The notes under the pieces: generated by a model
The model's input: only the letters and a program-made list of their open reading frames with translations
Told to the model about the DNA's origin: nothing
The model's database searches: none
Shown here: one piece after another, positions 36,318-48,365 of the stretch
How the letters are laid out: the number at the start of each line of letters is the position of its first letter
Numbering within the stretch: the first letter of the stretch is position 1
Source: Squalus acanthias
Taxonomy: Eukaryota
Length of the DNA: 64,000 nucleotides
Assembly: GCA_030390025.1 (NCBI GenBank)
Contig: CM059431.1
Location: forward strand, 139,626,001 to 139,690,000
Direction of reading: 5' to 3'
Program-made: the position numbers and the translations under genes

Positions 36318-38246
36318 CATAAGAACATAAGAACATAAGAAATAGGAGCAGGAGTAGGCCAATCGGCCCCTCGAGCCTGCTCCGCCATTCAATAAGATCA
36401 TGGCTGATCTGATCCTAACCGCCAATCTACTATCTATCACAGAACCATCTCCTGCATCTAACAGAATTGCACACACGAAATAGGAGCAGAATCAGGCTAC
36501 ACAGTCCCTGGGCCCGCTCCACTACCCACAGGGCCATGACCGATCCGAACCTAGACTCATGTCCAAATTCCTGCCCGCTCCCCGTAACCCTTAATGCCCT
36601 TTACTTCTAGGAAACTGTCTATTTCTGTTTTAAATTTAATTAATGTTGTAGCTTCTACAGCTTTTTGTGGCAGCATATTCCATGGACCTACCACCCTCTG
36701 AGTGAAGTAGTTCCTCCTCATCTCAGTTTTGAAAGAGCAGCCCCTTATTCTAAGACTATGTCCCCTAGTTCTCGTCTCACCCGTCATCGGGAACATCCTC
36801 CCCGCATCCACCCGATCCAACCCCTTCACAATCTTATATGTTTCAATAAGATCGCCTCTCATTCTTCTGAACTCCAATGAGTAGAGTCCCAATCTACCCA
36901 ACCTCTCCTCATATGACCACCCCCTCATCCCCGGGATTAACCGAGTGAACCTTTTTTTGCACTGCCTCGAGAGCAAGGATGTCTTTCCTTAAGTAAGGAC
37001 ACCAAAACTGTATGCAGTATTCCAGGTGCGGTCTCACCAATACCTTGTACAACTGAAGCAATACCTCCCTATTTTTATATTCTATCCCCCTAGCAATGAA
37101 AGCCAACATTCCATTTGCCTTCTTAATCACTTGCTGCACCTGCATACTAACCTTTTGAGTTTCGTGCACCAGGACTCCCAGATCCCTTTGCACTTCAGTA
37201 CTCTCCAGTTTCTTGCCATTAAGATAATAAATTGCTCTAGGATTTTTCCTGCCAAAGTGCATCACCTCACACTTTCCAGTGTTGTATTCCATCTGCCAAA
37301 TCTCTGCCCACTTACTTAGCCTGTCTATGTCCCCTTGCAGGTTTTTTATGTCCTCCTCACTCACTACTTTCCCTCCCATCTTTGTATCATCTGCAAATTT
37401 TGATATGTTACACTTGGTCCCTTCCTCCAAATCGTTAATATAGATTGTGAAGAGTTGGGGACCCAGCACTGACCCCTGTGGAACACCACTAGTTACTGAT
37501 TGCCAGTCTGAGAATGAACCATTTATCCCAACTCTTTGCTTTCTGTTAGATAGCCAATCCTCTATCCATGCCAGAATATTACCCCCAATTCCGTGATTTT
37601 TTACCTTAAGCAATAATCTTTTGTGTGGCACCTTGTCAAATGCCTTTTGGAAGTCTAAATACACTACGTCCACTGGTTCCCCTTTATCCACTCTATATGT
37701 TACTTCCTCAAAGAACTCCAGCAAATTTGTCAAACATGACTTCCCCTTCGTAAAACCATGCTGACTTTGTCCTATTAAATTATGATTATCCAAATGTCCT
37801 GTTACTGTTTCCTTAATAATGGACTCCAAAATTTTACCTACCACAGATGTTAGGCTAACCGGTCTATAGTTACCAGCCTTCTGTCTACTGCCCTTTTTAA
37901 ATAAGGGTGTTACATTAGCAGTTTTCCAGTCTGCCGGGACCTTAGCGGAATCCAGGGAGTTTTGAAAAATTATTACCAATGCATCTACAATCCCTACCGC
38001 CACTTCCTTCAAGACTCTAGGATGTAAGCCATCAGGTCCAGGTGATTTATCCACCTTGAGTCCCATTATTTTACCGAGTACCACTTCCTTAGTGATTTTG
38101 ATCGTGTTTAGCTCCTCTCCCCCTATAGCCCCCTGTTTGTCCAGTGTTGGGATATTCTTAGTGTCCTCTACTGTAAAGACTGATACAAAATATTCATTCA
38201 GTGTTTTTGCCATCTCCATATTTCCCACCATTAATTTCCCGGTCTC
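36318..38246 (-). mobile_element. Young CR1 LINE, RT-only portion, one frameshift
   Basis: ORFs 36909-38288 and 36557-36976 cover the whole RT to the C-terminus. Tail (cataagaa)n at 36318-36341. Confidence 0.95.
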
Positions 38247-38576
38247 CTGTTTGACTAGGCTATCCATTGCCCGTTGAAAGACGGCCACCCCATTGGTGAC
38301 CCCGAATGGAAGGCGACGAAACTGGTAAAGCAGACCATTGGCCTCAAAAGCCGTATACCTTTCATCAGAGTCCTTTAACGGTACTTGATGGTATGCGCTC
38401 TTTAAGTCAAAAGTTGAAAATACCTAGTAGTTAGCAAGGTTATTGACCATGTCATCGATTCGTGGTAGTGGGTAGGCGTCCAGGTCGGTATACTGCTTAA
38501 TAGTTTGCGAGTAGTCGATGCAAAGACGTTTCTTGTGTTGCTTCAGAGAATTTTTAACAACGACGACTTGAGCCCT

Positions 38577-38918
38577 TAGAAACATACAAACATAGAAGAT
38601 AGGAGCAGAAGTAGGCCTTTCGGCCCCTCGAGCCTGCTCCGCCAGTCAATGAGATCATGGCTGATCATCCAAATTCAGTACCCTGTCCCTGCCTTTTCCC
38701 CATATCCCTTGATCCCTTTAGTCATAAGAAATATATTTAACTCCTTCTTGAATATATTTAATGAATTGGCCTCCACTGCCTTATGTGGTAGAGAATTCCA
38801 CAGGTTCACCACTCTCTGGGTGAAGAAATTCCTCCTCATCTCAGTCCTAAATGGCTTACCCCTTATCCTTAGACTTTGACCCCTGGTTCTGGACTCCCCG
38901 GCCATCGGGAACATCCTT
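38577..38918 (-). mobile_element. CR1 3' fragment (same subfamily as 9241-11910)
   Basis: ORF 38675-38914. 3' UTR near-identical to 9265-9585. Tail agaaacat. Confidence 0.92.
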
Positions 38919-38919
38919 C

Positions 38920-41760
38920 ATTAACTCTATTCATTTTAGAGTGCGATCACCAGCAGTAACGTTAGAGTACAGTATTCATCAGTAACGTCAGAGTATGGAT
39001 ACCACATGTAAATTTAGAGCAGATGCTCCACCAATAATATTGGAGTAAGGACAACCCACTAATGTTAGATTCGGGTCACCATAAGTCTTAGAGTAGAATA
39101 AACAGAAGTAATATTACAGTAGGGTTGCCGCCATTAACGTTTTAGCAGTGGCAGCAGCAGTAAAATTAGAGTTGTTTCACCATCACTAATATTAGTGCGG
39201 GGTCACGACTATTGATGTTAAATTAACATGAACACCAGTAATGTTAGAGTCGGGTCGGCAAAAGTAATGTTAAATTGGGTCACCGCCATTAATGATAGAG
39301 AACGGTCACCACCAGTAACGATAGAGTAGGCTCACCACCAGTAATGATAGAGTAGGGTCATCACTAGTACTGTGAGAGTAGGGTCAACACCAGTAATGAT
39401 AGTGTAGGGTCACCACCAGTAATGATAGAGTAGGGTCATCACAGGTTATATTCGAGCAGGGTCATCTACAGTAAAGATAGAGTAGGGTCATCACAGGTTA
39501 TATTCGAGTAGGGTCATCAGCAGTAATGTTAGAGTCGGGTCATCACCAGTAATATTAGAGTAGGGTCAAAACCAGTAATGTTAGAGTCGGGTCCTCACCA
39601 GTAAATTTAGAGTAGGGTCACCACCAGAAATGTTAGCGTAGGGTCACCACCAGTAATGATAAAGTAGGGTCATCAGCAGTAATGTTATTGTAGGATCACC
39701 ACCAGTAATGTTAGAGTAGGGTCACCACCAGTAATGATAAAGTAGGGTCACCACCAGTAATGATAGAGTAGGGTCATTACCAGTAATATTAGAATATAAT
39801 CACTGCCAATAATTTTAGAGTAGAGACACCACCAGTAATGATAGAGTCGGGTCATCAGTAGTAATGTAAGCGTAGGGTCACCGACAGTAATGTTACAGTA
39901 GGGTCACCACCAGTAATGATAGTGTGGGTTCACAACCAGTAATGAAAGAGTAGGGTCACCACCAGTAAGGTTAGTGTAGGGTCACCACTAGTAATGTTAG
40001 AGTAGGGTGACCACCATTAATGTTAGAGTAGGGTCACCAAAAGTAATGATAGCGTAGGTTCGCCAGCAGTAATGTTAGAGTCGGATGACCACCAGTAATG
40101 ATATAGTAGAGTCATCACCAGAAATGTTACTGTAGGGTTACCAATTCTAATGTTAGTCTAGGGTCACCAGCTGCAATTTTAGTGTAGGGTCAACACACTA
40201 ATGTTAGTGCAGGGACACTACCGGTAATGTTGAAGTAGGGTCACCACCAGTAATGTTAGTGTAGGGTCACCACCAGTAATGTTAGGGTAGGGTCACCACC
40301 AGTAATGTTAGAGTAGGGACACCAACAGTAGTGTTAGAGTAGGGTCACCACCAGTAATGTTAGAGTAGGGTCATCACCAGAAAGTTAGGATCGACTCACC
40401 ACCAGTAATGATACAGTAGGGCCACCATCAATAACGTTAGAGTCAGGTCATCACCATTAATGTTAGAGTATGGTCACCACCAGTAATCAAAGAATAGGAT
40501 CACCGCCATTAATATTAGTGTACTATGCCCACCTTAATGTTAGTGTAGGGTCAACACCAATAATATTTGAATAGGATTACCGCCAGTAATGATAGGATAG
40601 GGCTAACACCATTAATGTTAGCGTATAGTTACCATCAGTAAAGTTAGAGTGGGTCGCCGCCAAATTGTTAGATTATTATCACCACCATGTTAGAATAGGA
40701 TTAACACTATTAATTTTACAGTGCGATGACCAGCAGTAATGTTAGAGTACAGTACTCATCATTAACGTCAGAATATGGAGACCACATGCAATGTTAGATT
40801 AGATGCACCACCAATATAATTGGAGTAATGTCACCACCACTAATGTCAGATTCGGGTCACCATCAGTCTTAGAGTAGAATAAACACAAGTAATATTACAG
40901 TACGATTGCTGCCATTAACGTTTTAGTAGTGTCAACATCAGTAAAATTAGAATAGATTCACCATCACTAATGTTAGTGCGGGTCACGACTATTGATGTTA
41001 AATTAACATCAACACCAGAAATGTTAGAATAGAATCATCGCCAGTAATGTTAAAGTAGATTCACCACAGTAATGTTAGAGTAGGGTCTACACCAGAAATG
41101 TTACAGCAGGGTCACCCCCAGTTATGATAGTGTAAGTTCACCACCAGTAATGATAGAGTAGAGTCACCACCAGTAATGTTAGAGCTGGGTCTTCACCAGT
41201 AATATTAGAGTAGGTTCACCCACCTGTAATGATAGAGTAGGGTCATCCACCTGTAATATTTGACTAGGGTTACCACCAGTAATGTTAGAGTAGAATCACC
41301 ACCAGTAAGGATACAGTAGGGCCACCATCATTAATGATAGAGTAAGGTCATCAGCATTAATGTTAGAGTAGTGTCACCACCAGTAATGTTTGAATAGGAT
41401 CACCGCCAGTAAATTCAGAGTAGTATCACCACCAGTTATGTTAGTGTAGGGTCATCACCAAAAATATTTGAATAGGATTACTGCCAGTAATGTTACGATA
41501 GGGCCAACACAATTAAAGTTAGTCTATAGCTACCATCAGTAACGTTAAAGTGGGATGACCTTCAGTAATGTTAGTGTAGGGCATCACCAGTAATGTTCGA
41601 GTGTGGTCAGAATTTGTAATGCTAGATTAATGTCACCACCGGTAATGTTAGAGTAGCGTCCCCACCATGAATGTTAGAATATGGTCATTATTGTTCGTGT
41701 TAAAGTAGGATCATCACCAGCCATGTTCGAGCTGAGTCACCACTAGTAATCATTACAGTA
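38920..41760 (+). repeat. 26-bp minisatellite (about 100 copies) upstream of GPCR copy 3
   Basis: Unit gtagggtcaccaccagtaatgttaga. Period 26 (40261 to 40287). Confidence 0.95.
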
Positions 41761-42156
41761 CATAACAAATTTAATTTATGCAAAGGATGACTGATGTTTT
41801 CAGAGAATTAAAATGTGGTCACAAGAACTAACGCGGTGTCCAGGAGGGGTGTTCCCTTCAGCGTTCAGGGGGCATGCACAGAAAACATTCCCTCTGGGAT
41901 TACTTTCCGCTCAATAATTTTAATGGAATTAGTTTCATGGACTGAGCTTTACAATTTCCCCAGTGGTGGCCCGGGCGCACTGAAGTGGAAAATCGCTCCT
42001 TGTTTGTTAAGTGACTGTAACTAACGCCACTTATTGTGTCACCTGATTTTCTCACCGGGGCAACGATTTTTGTATAAATTGGGAGCATTTACGGATCTCA
42101 GATAAACTCCAGTCGGAACCGTAAAGCGGGACAGAATTCACACATTCTTCAAAAAA

Positions 42157-43863
42157 ATGATACGGCCAACAATTCTACAGATAAGGGACATTTACTACCA
42201 TATGCTCGCAGCCTTCGGTGTTCCCGGTAAGTCAATGTATCCTGTTGTCGAATAGTTGTTGACTATCTCAGTGTTAATGTAACAGATTCCGAGAATGTCC
42301 TCATTGCAGAATCATTGATCCACCGGGATCAGTCGGTGAATATCAGCGGGAATTCCGGCACTCCGCGCGGCCGCTGAGGCGCTGTTCTGGTCGCAAGATC
42401 GTGGGCACCGGGCGCTCAACTGTCATCCCTATACGGAGGGAGGGCGAGGCGGATTCCCCGGCCCCTCCTACAGTACATAGATCACTCAGACGGTGTTGCT
42501 CATTGTCCATAGTAATCATCTGATTCGTACCTTTGTCTCTGTCTATTTTAAGTTGATAATTCCTGGCACTTCAGCCACCTCCACCCAACACTGGACTTTG
42601 GAAGGTAATTTGAGAAATGATTGTTGCTCGGGGAGCTGCTCCCCTCCTCTCGGCAGCGTTTCGAATTAAATTGAACTGTTTTCTCTCAGCTGAATGTTTT
42701 ATTTGAAATATATCTTTCCATGAAATGCCGTGAAATTATATTTAGTATTTGACTGAAGTTTGCTGGAAGGACGGCGGATTTTCAGTCCCTCGATATTGAA
42801 TTCTCAATGATTTCATTTCTTTAAATAAAGTGTCTTTACCCTCGCTTATATTAATGATAAAAGATCCGTGAGCATAACGCTGAATAAGGACAGATCCGCA
42901 CATTTCCCCACAATACGCTGTGAGATTTATCCGAGTGTCCCCGTTACTGATCTCTTCCACCTCTTTCTCACAGCGAACCTACTGACAATCCTGATTCTCT
43001 CCAGAGGAAACTGCGGCCTTTCCAAATGTATCTCTGTCTGCATGGTGGCCATGGCAACCGCAGATCTACTGGTAATGATCATCAATATATCAGTGAACCG
43101 CATTTTCAGTCATCACTTTCCACATTCCTTCCTGTCCTACACTGCCGTCTGTAAGATCATTATGTACATGCAATGTGTTACACTCTATGTGTCGGTGTGG
43201 TTTACAGTCTCGTTCACATTTGACCGATGTGTAGCTATATGTTGTGAGAAGTTTAAAACAAAGTATTGCACAGTGAGAACTGCGGCCGCGGTTATAACAA
43301 CGGTCTCTCTCCTGATCTGTTTACAGAGCCTCCCTTTTTGGTTTGCATATGAACCTGAGAGAATAATTAACAATGTTCACTGGGGTTGCCGCGCCAGAGT
43401 GGAGTTTTTTTCATCGCCTGCAGGTGCAGCATACTCCTGGTTGGAAAGTATTTTCATTGCTTGGCTTGCTTTTGCTTTGATATTACTATTTAATTGTTTG
43501 ACAGTCAGACGCATTTTAGTGGCCAGTAGAGCCCGCAGGGGACTCCGGGGTCACAGCAGTGAGAATCAGAGCGACCCAGAGATGGAAAACCGGAGGAAAT
43601 CCATTATTTTACTGTTCAGTGTATCGGGCAGTTTTATATTGTTGTGGCTAACAGCTATCGTTAGTTTTTTAACTACCAGACTGACAAACACCACGCAGTA
43701 TCGAGGTGATTATGCAGCTCCTGCCTATATTGCCACTGAAACCGGATATATGCTCATGTATTTGAGTTCCTGTACAAACACATGTATTTATGCAGCTACC
43801 CAAAGTAAATTCAGGGAAGAGCTGAAGAATGTGGTGAAATGGCCTTGCACATTTTTTGGTTAA
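42157..43863 (+). CDS. GPR139/GPR142-like class A GPCR, copy 3; exons 42157-42226 and 42974-43863, 319 aa
   Basis: Exon 1 MIRPTILQIRDIYYHMLAAFGVP ends G|gtaagt. Acceptor ctttctcacag|CG. Motifs AMATADLL, FTFDRC, WGC, NTCIY. Intact. Confidence 0.92.
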
Positions 43864-46800
43864 AAAATAAAAAAGTTATCTAAAGCATCCTGTCCTAACT
43901 AGAGTTAAATTACAGCAGGTGTTCCATTTTAGAATAGCCGTCTGTCCTTTAAGAAGGAAATGGGTTGTTGTTGTTAAAATAAACAGGTATCAGAGAACAT
44001 TTCTTCCACTTTGTGCCGTGTGTTTGATGTCTATCGCTTTCCCCGAGTGAACAGAATCGATTCAGCTAAAACAGCGCGCTTCCCGCTCAAGATCCAAAGA
44101 GAACAGTCATGACTGAGCTTTAGCAGTGGAGTGGAACATGTGGGCGTCAGCGATAACTACCTCACACCGCAGGTACTGCAATGAGACGCTCCAGTTTAAT
44201 AAATATATACAGTTTCCGTTAATGTGTTACAATGGTGGTTATTTGTAATTGTATAATCTCGGTGTGAAAGTTGCAGCCGCTGGTCTCCCCATCAGACTCC
44301 GCCCCCCATTGTCTCCTGGACCAATAGAACGGGGCCTGTCTCCTGATCAGTGTCGAATGATGGAGACAGTAGGAACTTGACTCGTCAATGTGACAATAGA
44401 CATCTTTGTTCACAGATATTTACTTAAAATTTCAACGGGTCATCAACATGTTGGAATGCTACGACAGGGGAGCAGGCTGCTCGATCCAACCAGTCCTAGC
44501 CGGCGATTACCCTCCACCGTAACAATTACTTCCAATCACTTTACCCGCTCTTTCTCAACATCCCTTCAATATTTTTGTATTCATCCTTCTGTACAATTGA
44601 ATATTGATATAATTTCTGCCTCCGTTAAAACCACAGTCTCTCAACTTTCCATGTAAAGAGGTGTCACCTACCCTCAGTTCTAAATTTCTTACGGTTATTA
44701 TTTAATCAATGGCCATTTTTTACAGATCCCTCAATTAATGGAAGCAGTCTGATACTATCTATCAGTACCCGTCCCTGTTTTACTTAAATCACCTGAGTAA
44801 CCTGATAATAATAGACAATATAGTAAAAGTCAGGAAAGTGTAGTTACAATGGCCAATTGATAGCGTTCTGAGGGAAATTGTTGTGTCCTTGTTTGTACTG
44901 AACAATGAGGAGAATGTATTGGTCAGCTTTTCACTATCTGTAACATCGGGACATGCAGGGAGAGATTCTAATGAAACACCGATCCATTGATAGATTTCCG
45001 GAAAGGGCAGGAGTGTCTTGTAGCGGATATCTTGTGCTGGGTGATCTTGGGATATCGCTGTGTGAGCAGAAATGTTGTGCGGCCCGTGAAGCAACCAGCA
45101 TGCGGAACATTTGATGAAGATGCACAAAAGAACGGGTCATAACATGGTTAGTCACGCTGATAACACCACTGTGTAAAATGGGTAATTCGTCTCTAGAGAA
45201 TGAAAACACGTGTAAAACCAATTGGTAGAGATCTGCGCAAATGAGTCGCTCGAGATACATGTTTGGTGCTTATGAGATATTGTTTAGTGATGGCTTTAAA
45301 TACTCTAACACCAACAGAGGGGAAACTATGAGCATAGGGTTTATCAGACTGTCCTGAACTCTGTTAATGTTATACTGTATTGGGTTCACTTTATATTGCA
45401 TTAATTTCAATCTTCCAGCCCTTGCTTGTTAACTAGGGAAGTAGAAGTCAGTCTAAATATGATTACGCTGGCTGATGGGCCAGGGCTGACCCTGCAGCAA
45501 TGGTCAATTTCAGGATGATGTAATCAGATGTGTAATTACAGACATGCCATCCCAAAGTGATTCATAATGTTTTAGAGAACTTTAATCATTTGATAACGTG
45601 TGAGAAAGTGTTACTTCTGCAAAGGAATTCGTCTGGACATACATCGTCATTTTTAATTGACATCAGTGACACAGAAACAATGCAAGACCTATCATTCAAT
45701 ATTGTAATTATACGGATCAAGAGTGAAACTATCGATTATATAAAGAACTAAGGTGAAAATAATTATAAGCCCAATGGAGAAACACAGCTTGTTTAGTAAG
45801 CAAAGCTATCGTGATTGATTAATATATGTAAATTAATTCACCGTATATATTGAGTTGAATTTTAACTATTATATATTTATGTAATACAGAATTGTGTGTA
45901 TTTCGAAGTAGAGGGAGTGAGAGAAATATATAAAAATGCGCTGTTGTAATGAGCATTTGAAACGCTTTTGAATTCCCAAACAACCATCATCAGATGCGTC
46001 TTTATTTTGTGCATTTTAAGTGTGTGTTTAATATTATTGCATGTACTGCATGCTCAATAAACCGATGACACCTCACTACAATGTTCAAGAATCTTATTGA
46101 AAACCCTTAATCTAACAATAGCCTCAGTTCTTTAAATGTGAATGGGCTTTTTTATTAATTCTGATTAAGCGCCCCCTTTAGCCGTCTGTTTTTAACGTCT
46201 CGCGTCATCCTGAGGTTCAAAAAGCCAAACGCCACCTGGTTTCATTTCCCGTGGATCCCAGGCTCTTCCAATTCTGCTGACATCCAGCTTTTTTGGGAAG
46301 TGGTGGCGAATTGCAGGCAGTTTTTTTTGTAATCGGCACATTCTCATTTAACTGGATTCAGCTTAGTGACTGTTCTCAACTAATGGGCCCTCAACTGCTC
46401 CCTACAGACTTCACCATGTCAGGCCGGACTCAATCTGCCCCGTTTGGATGATGGAAAATATTGGCTCCGAAAGGGTTTGCTGCAATGGTAAAACGAAAGG
46501 GAGGAATGTGACGCCTCACTTTAATATCCCACTGTCCAGATAATCTACTAGTTGAGGGAGAATAAACCCGGGATTGATCAACGGAGCAACGATATCCCTG
46601 ACCATAAACGGGAGCGTGATGGGAAGGATCCAGATGTGGAGAACACTCCACCCTTTGGATGAGGCCAGCTCCAGCTTGCGGTGTTATGTTGAATATCCGA
46701 CTGTTCTGCATGAAAAGCGCACGCGCTTTCCTTGCCAGAGGGAAAAAATGAGTTTACACTAAAACCCCGCCTGGTGGGTAGAAAACCGAGAGCCCCCGTT

Positions 46801-47689
46801 TATTGGTCAATCACATGTAGTTATGAAACGGGCCCAATTCAGTCACGAGAACCCAGAGCACTGACACTGGATCCATAACACTCAGAGCAAAGAACCCTGA
46901 GTTCTCCGGCAATCCAAACAATAACATTAAATGGGCATTGAGTGGGTGGCGTCGGGCTGGGAGGTTGTGGTGAGTGGACTAAGGAAAGGCTCTCAACTAC
47001 CAATCTTACAATCCAATGGCAACTGAAAGGCAGGCGATGATCAGTGACCTCCCCGGAGCAGCCAGGGTAACATGAGTGAGTGCCCCATGTAACAGTGCCC
47101 TATAATAACCATGTTCACCTTTGCCAACCCCCGCGCTTCATTTCATTGATCACCAGATAACTGGATAGCAAAGTGCAAGAGGTTCCTCAATACCCTTCAG
47201 CCCACCCCATTCTCTCCCGACAGGATTTCCTTCAATAAGACCGACATGTCAGAAATCAGTGGAAGAGTCACATGACGCTTATTGTTTGCTTTCTGCCCCT
47301 GTTATCACCCACATTAAGGACCGCTTTCTGGCCCCTGGGTTACATTACAGATAAAGACAAACGGAGCGGCATCAATCTCTGCAGTTTCTTCTGAAAGGGG
47401 AAACAACCCAACACCAAATATAAGGAAGTGCCGCCTCAGTCTACAAGAAACGTGCTGGCCAGCATCAGTCAATCAGCTCACAACCGCCTATTGGAAAAGG
47501 CCCACTGAGGAGAGGGGAGAGTCTGGGATGAAAGGGACTATAATTGTAGGAATCGGCAGGGGCACCGGGGGTTATCAAAATAGGAAAGCACACAGAATGG
47601 TTTCCTTTCATTGTTAGCACTATTTGGATAAGGGGAAATAATTTGGGCAATGTGGAGTGTCCCGGTGAGATAGATGTATTACTAAAAGA

Positions 47690-47970
47690 ATAGGGAGTCA
47701 CTGGAGAAGTTTCAACAAATATTTACAATGTTTATACCAGAACTGAGAGATTATAACGATCCCGAAAATTTGAACAGGCTGGGCTTTTTTCTCAAGTAAA
47801 GAGAAGGCTGATGGGTGACCTGATAGAGGTCTTTAAACTTATGAAGGGCTTTGATAGGGGAGATGTAGAGAAGATATTTCCACTTGCTGGAGTATCCGAA
47901 ACATTGGATATTCTCTAATAAATCCAGCAGGGAATTCAGGAGAAACTTCTTTAGTCAGATAGTTGTGAGC
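47690..47970 (+). mobile_element. Decayed CR1 3' fragment
   Basis: gagaaggctgatgggtgacctgatagaggtctttaaacttatgaagggctttgataggg and aggagaaacttcttt. Confidence 0.75.
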
Positions 47971-47999
47971 ATGTTTCTTCCTGAACCGAATTTTACAGG

Positions 48000-48365
48000 A
48001 GCCAGCGCGTCATCCGGGGACAGGGAGCAGCACCGAGCATGCGCACTGCGGTCACAGAGCGCGCAAGCGCAACAAATTAATGTCGATCACTGAGTCCGTC
48101 TCTTCTGTTGGCTGCGACTCGCAGATTGACAGCTGCGCTCACCAATCCCAGCCCGAAACGTCGCAGGGCAACGCCCACTCCGTTGCAGAGCGCTGGCGGC
48201 TCGGGATCACGTGGATCCTGATATGACCCCGCACGGTCGTTAAACCGCCACAACGCGAGCCCGGCAGCGCGCGGATGACGTTGAGGCCCCGCCCACAGCG
48301 GCTGCCGTTCCTGAGGAGCGTGGCCCCTCCTATTCCGCCTGCGCCGGAGGCACCGCTTAAGTAAC
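48000..48365. promoter_or_regulatory. CpG-rich promoter-like island
   Basis: Dense CpG with NRF1-like gcatgcgca, ccaat, E-box cacgtg, tgacg and GC box ccccgccc. Confidence 0.55.

Larger units (their letters stand above)
33971..38576 (-). mobile_element. Gypsy/Ty3 LTR retrotransposon, decayed pol (RT-RNase H-integrase), 5' part missing, CR1 inserted at 36318-38246
   Basis: RT: FDLKSAYHQVP..TAF..YQF..LPFGVTN, FPYLGNITI. RNase H: ECNGSEVAISATLNQGGRPVAFLSRTL..EKEAMAI. Integrase: VDEYSRFPFA..HSDRGPSF..PYHP..NGQVERYN. Domain order RT-RH-IN. Confidence 0.92.

Noticed and set aside
44789..45260. Overlapping minus-strand ORFs of 112 and 108 aa
   Set aside because: No recognisable domain or splice structure. 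At most a very old L2 remnant.
46430..46760. Possible Harbinger transposase remnant (GSVMGRIQMWRTLHPLDEASSSLRCY)
   Set aside because: Only faint resemblance to the RFRCLDRSGGALQY region. Not supportable without a search.
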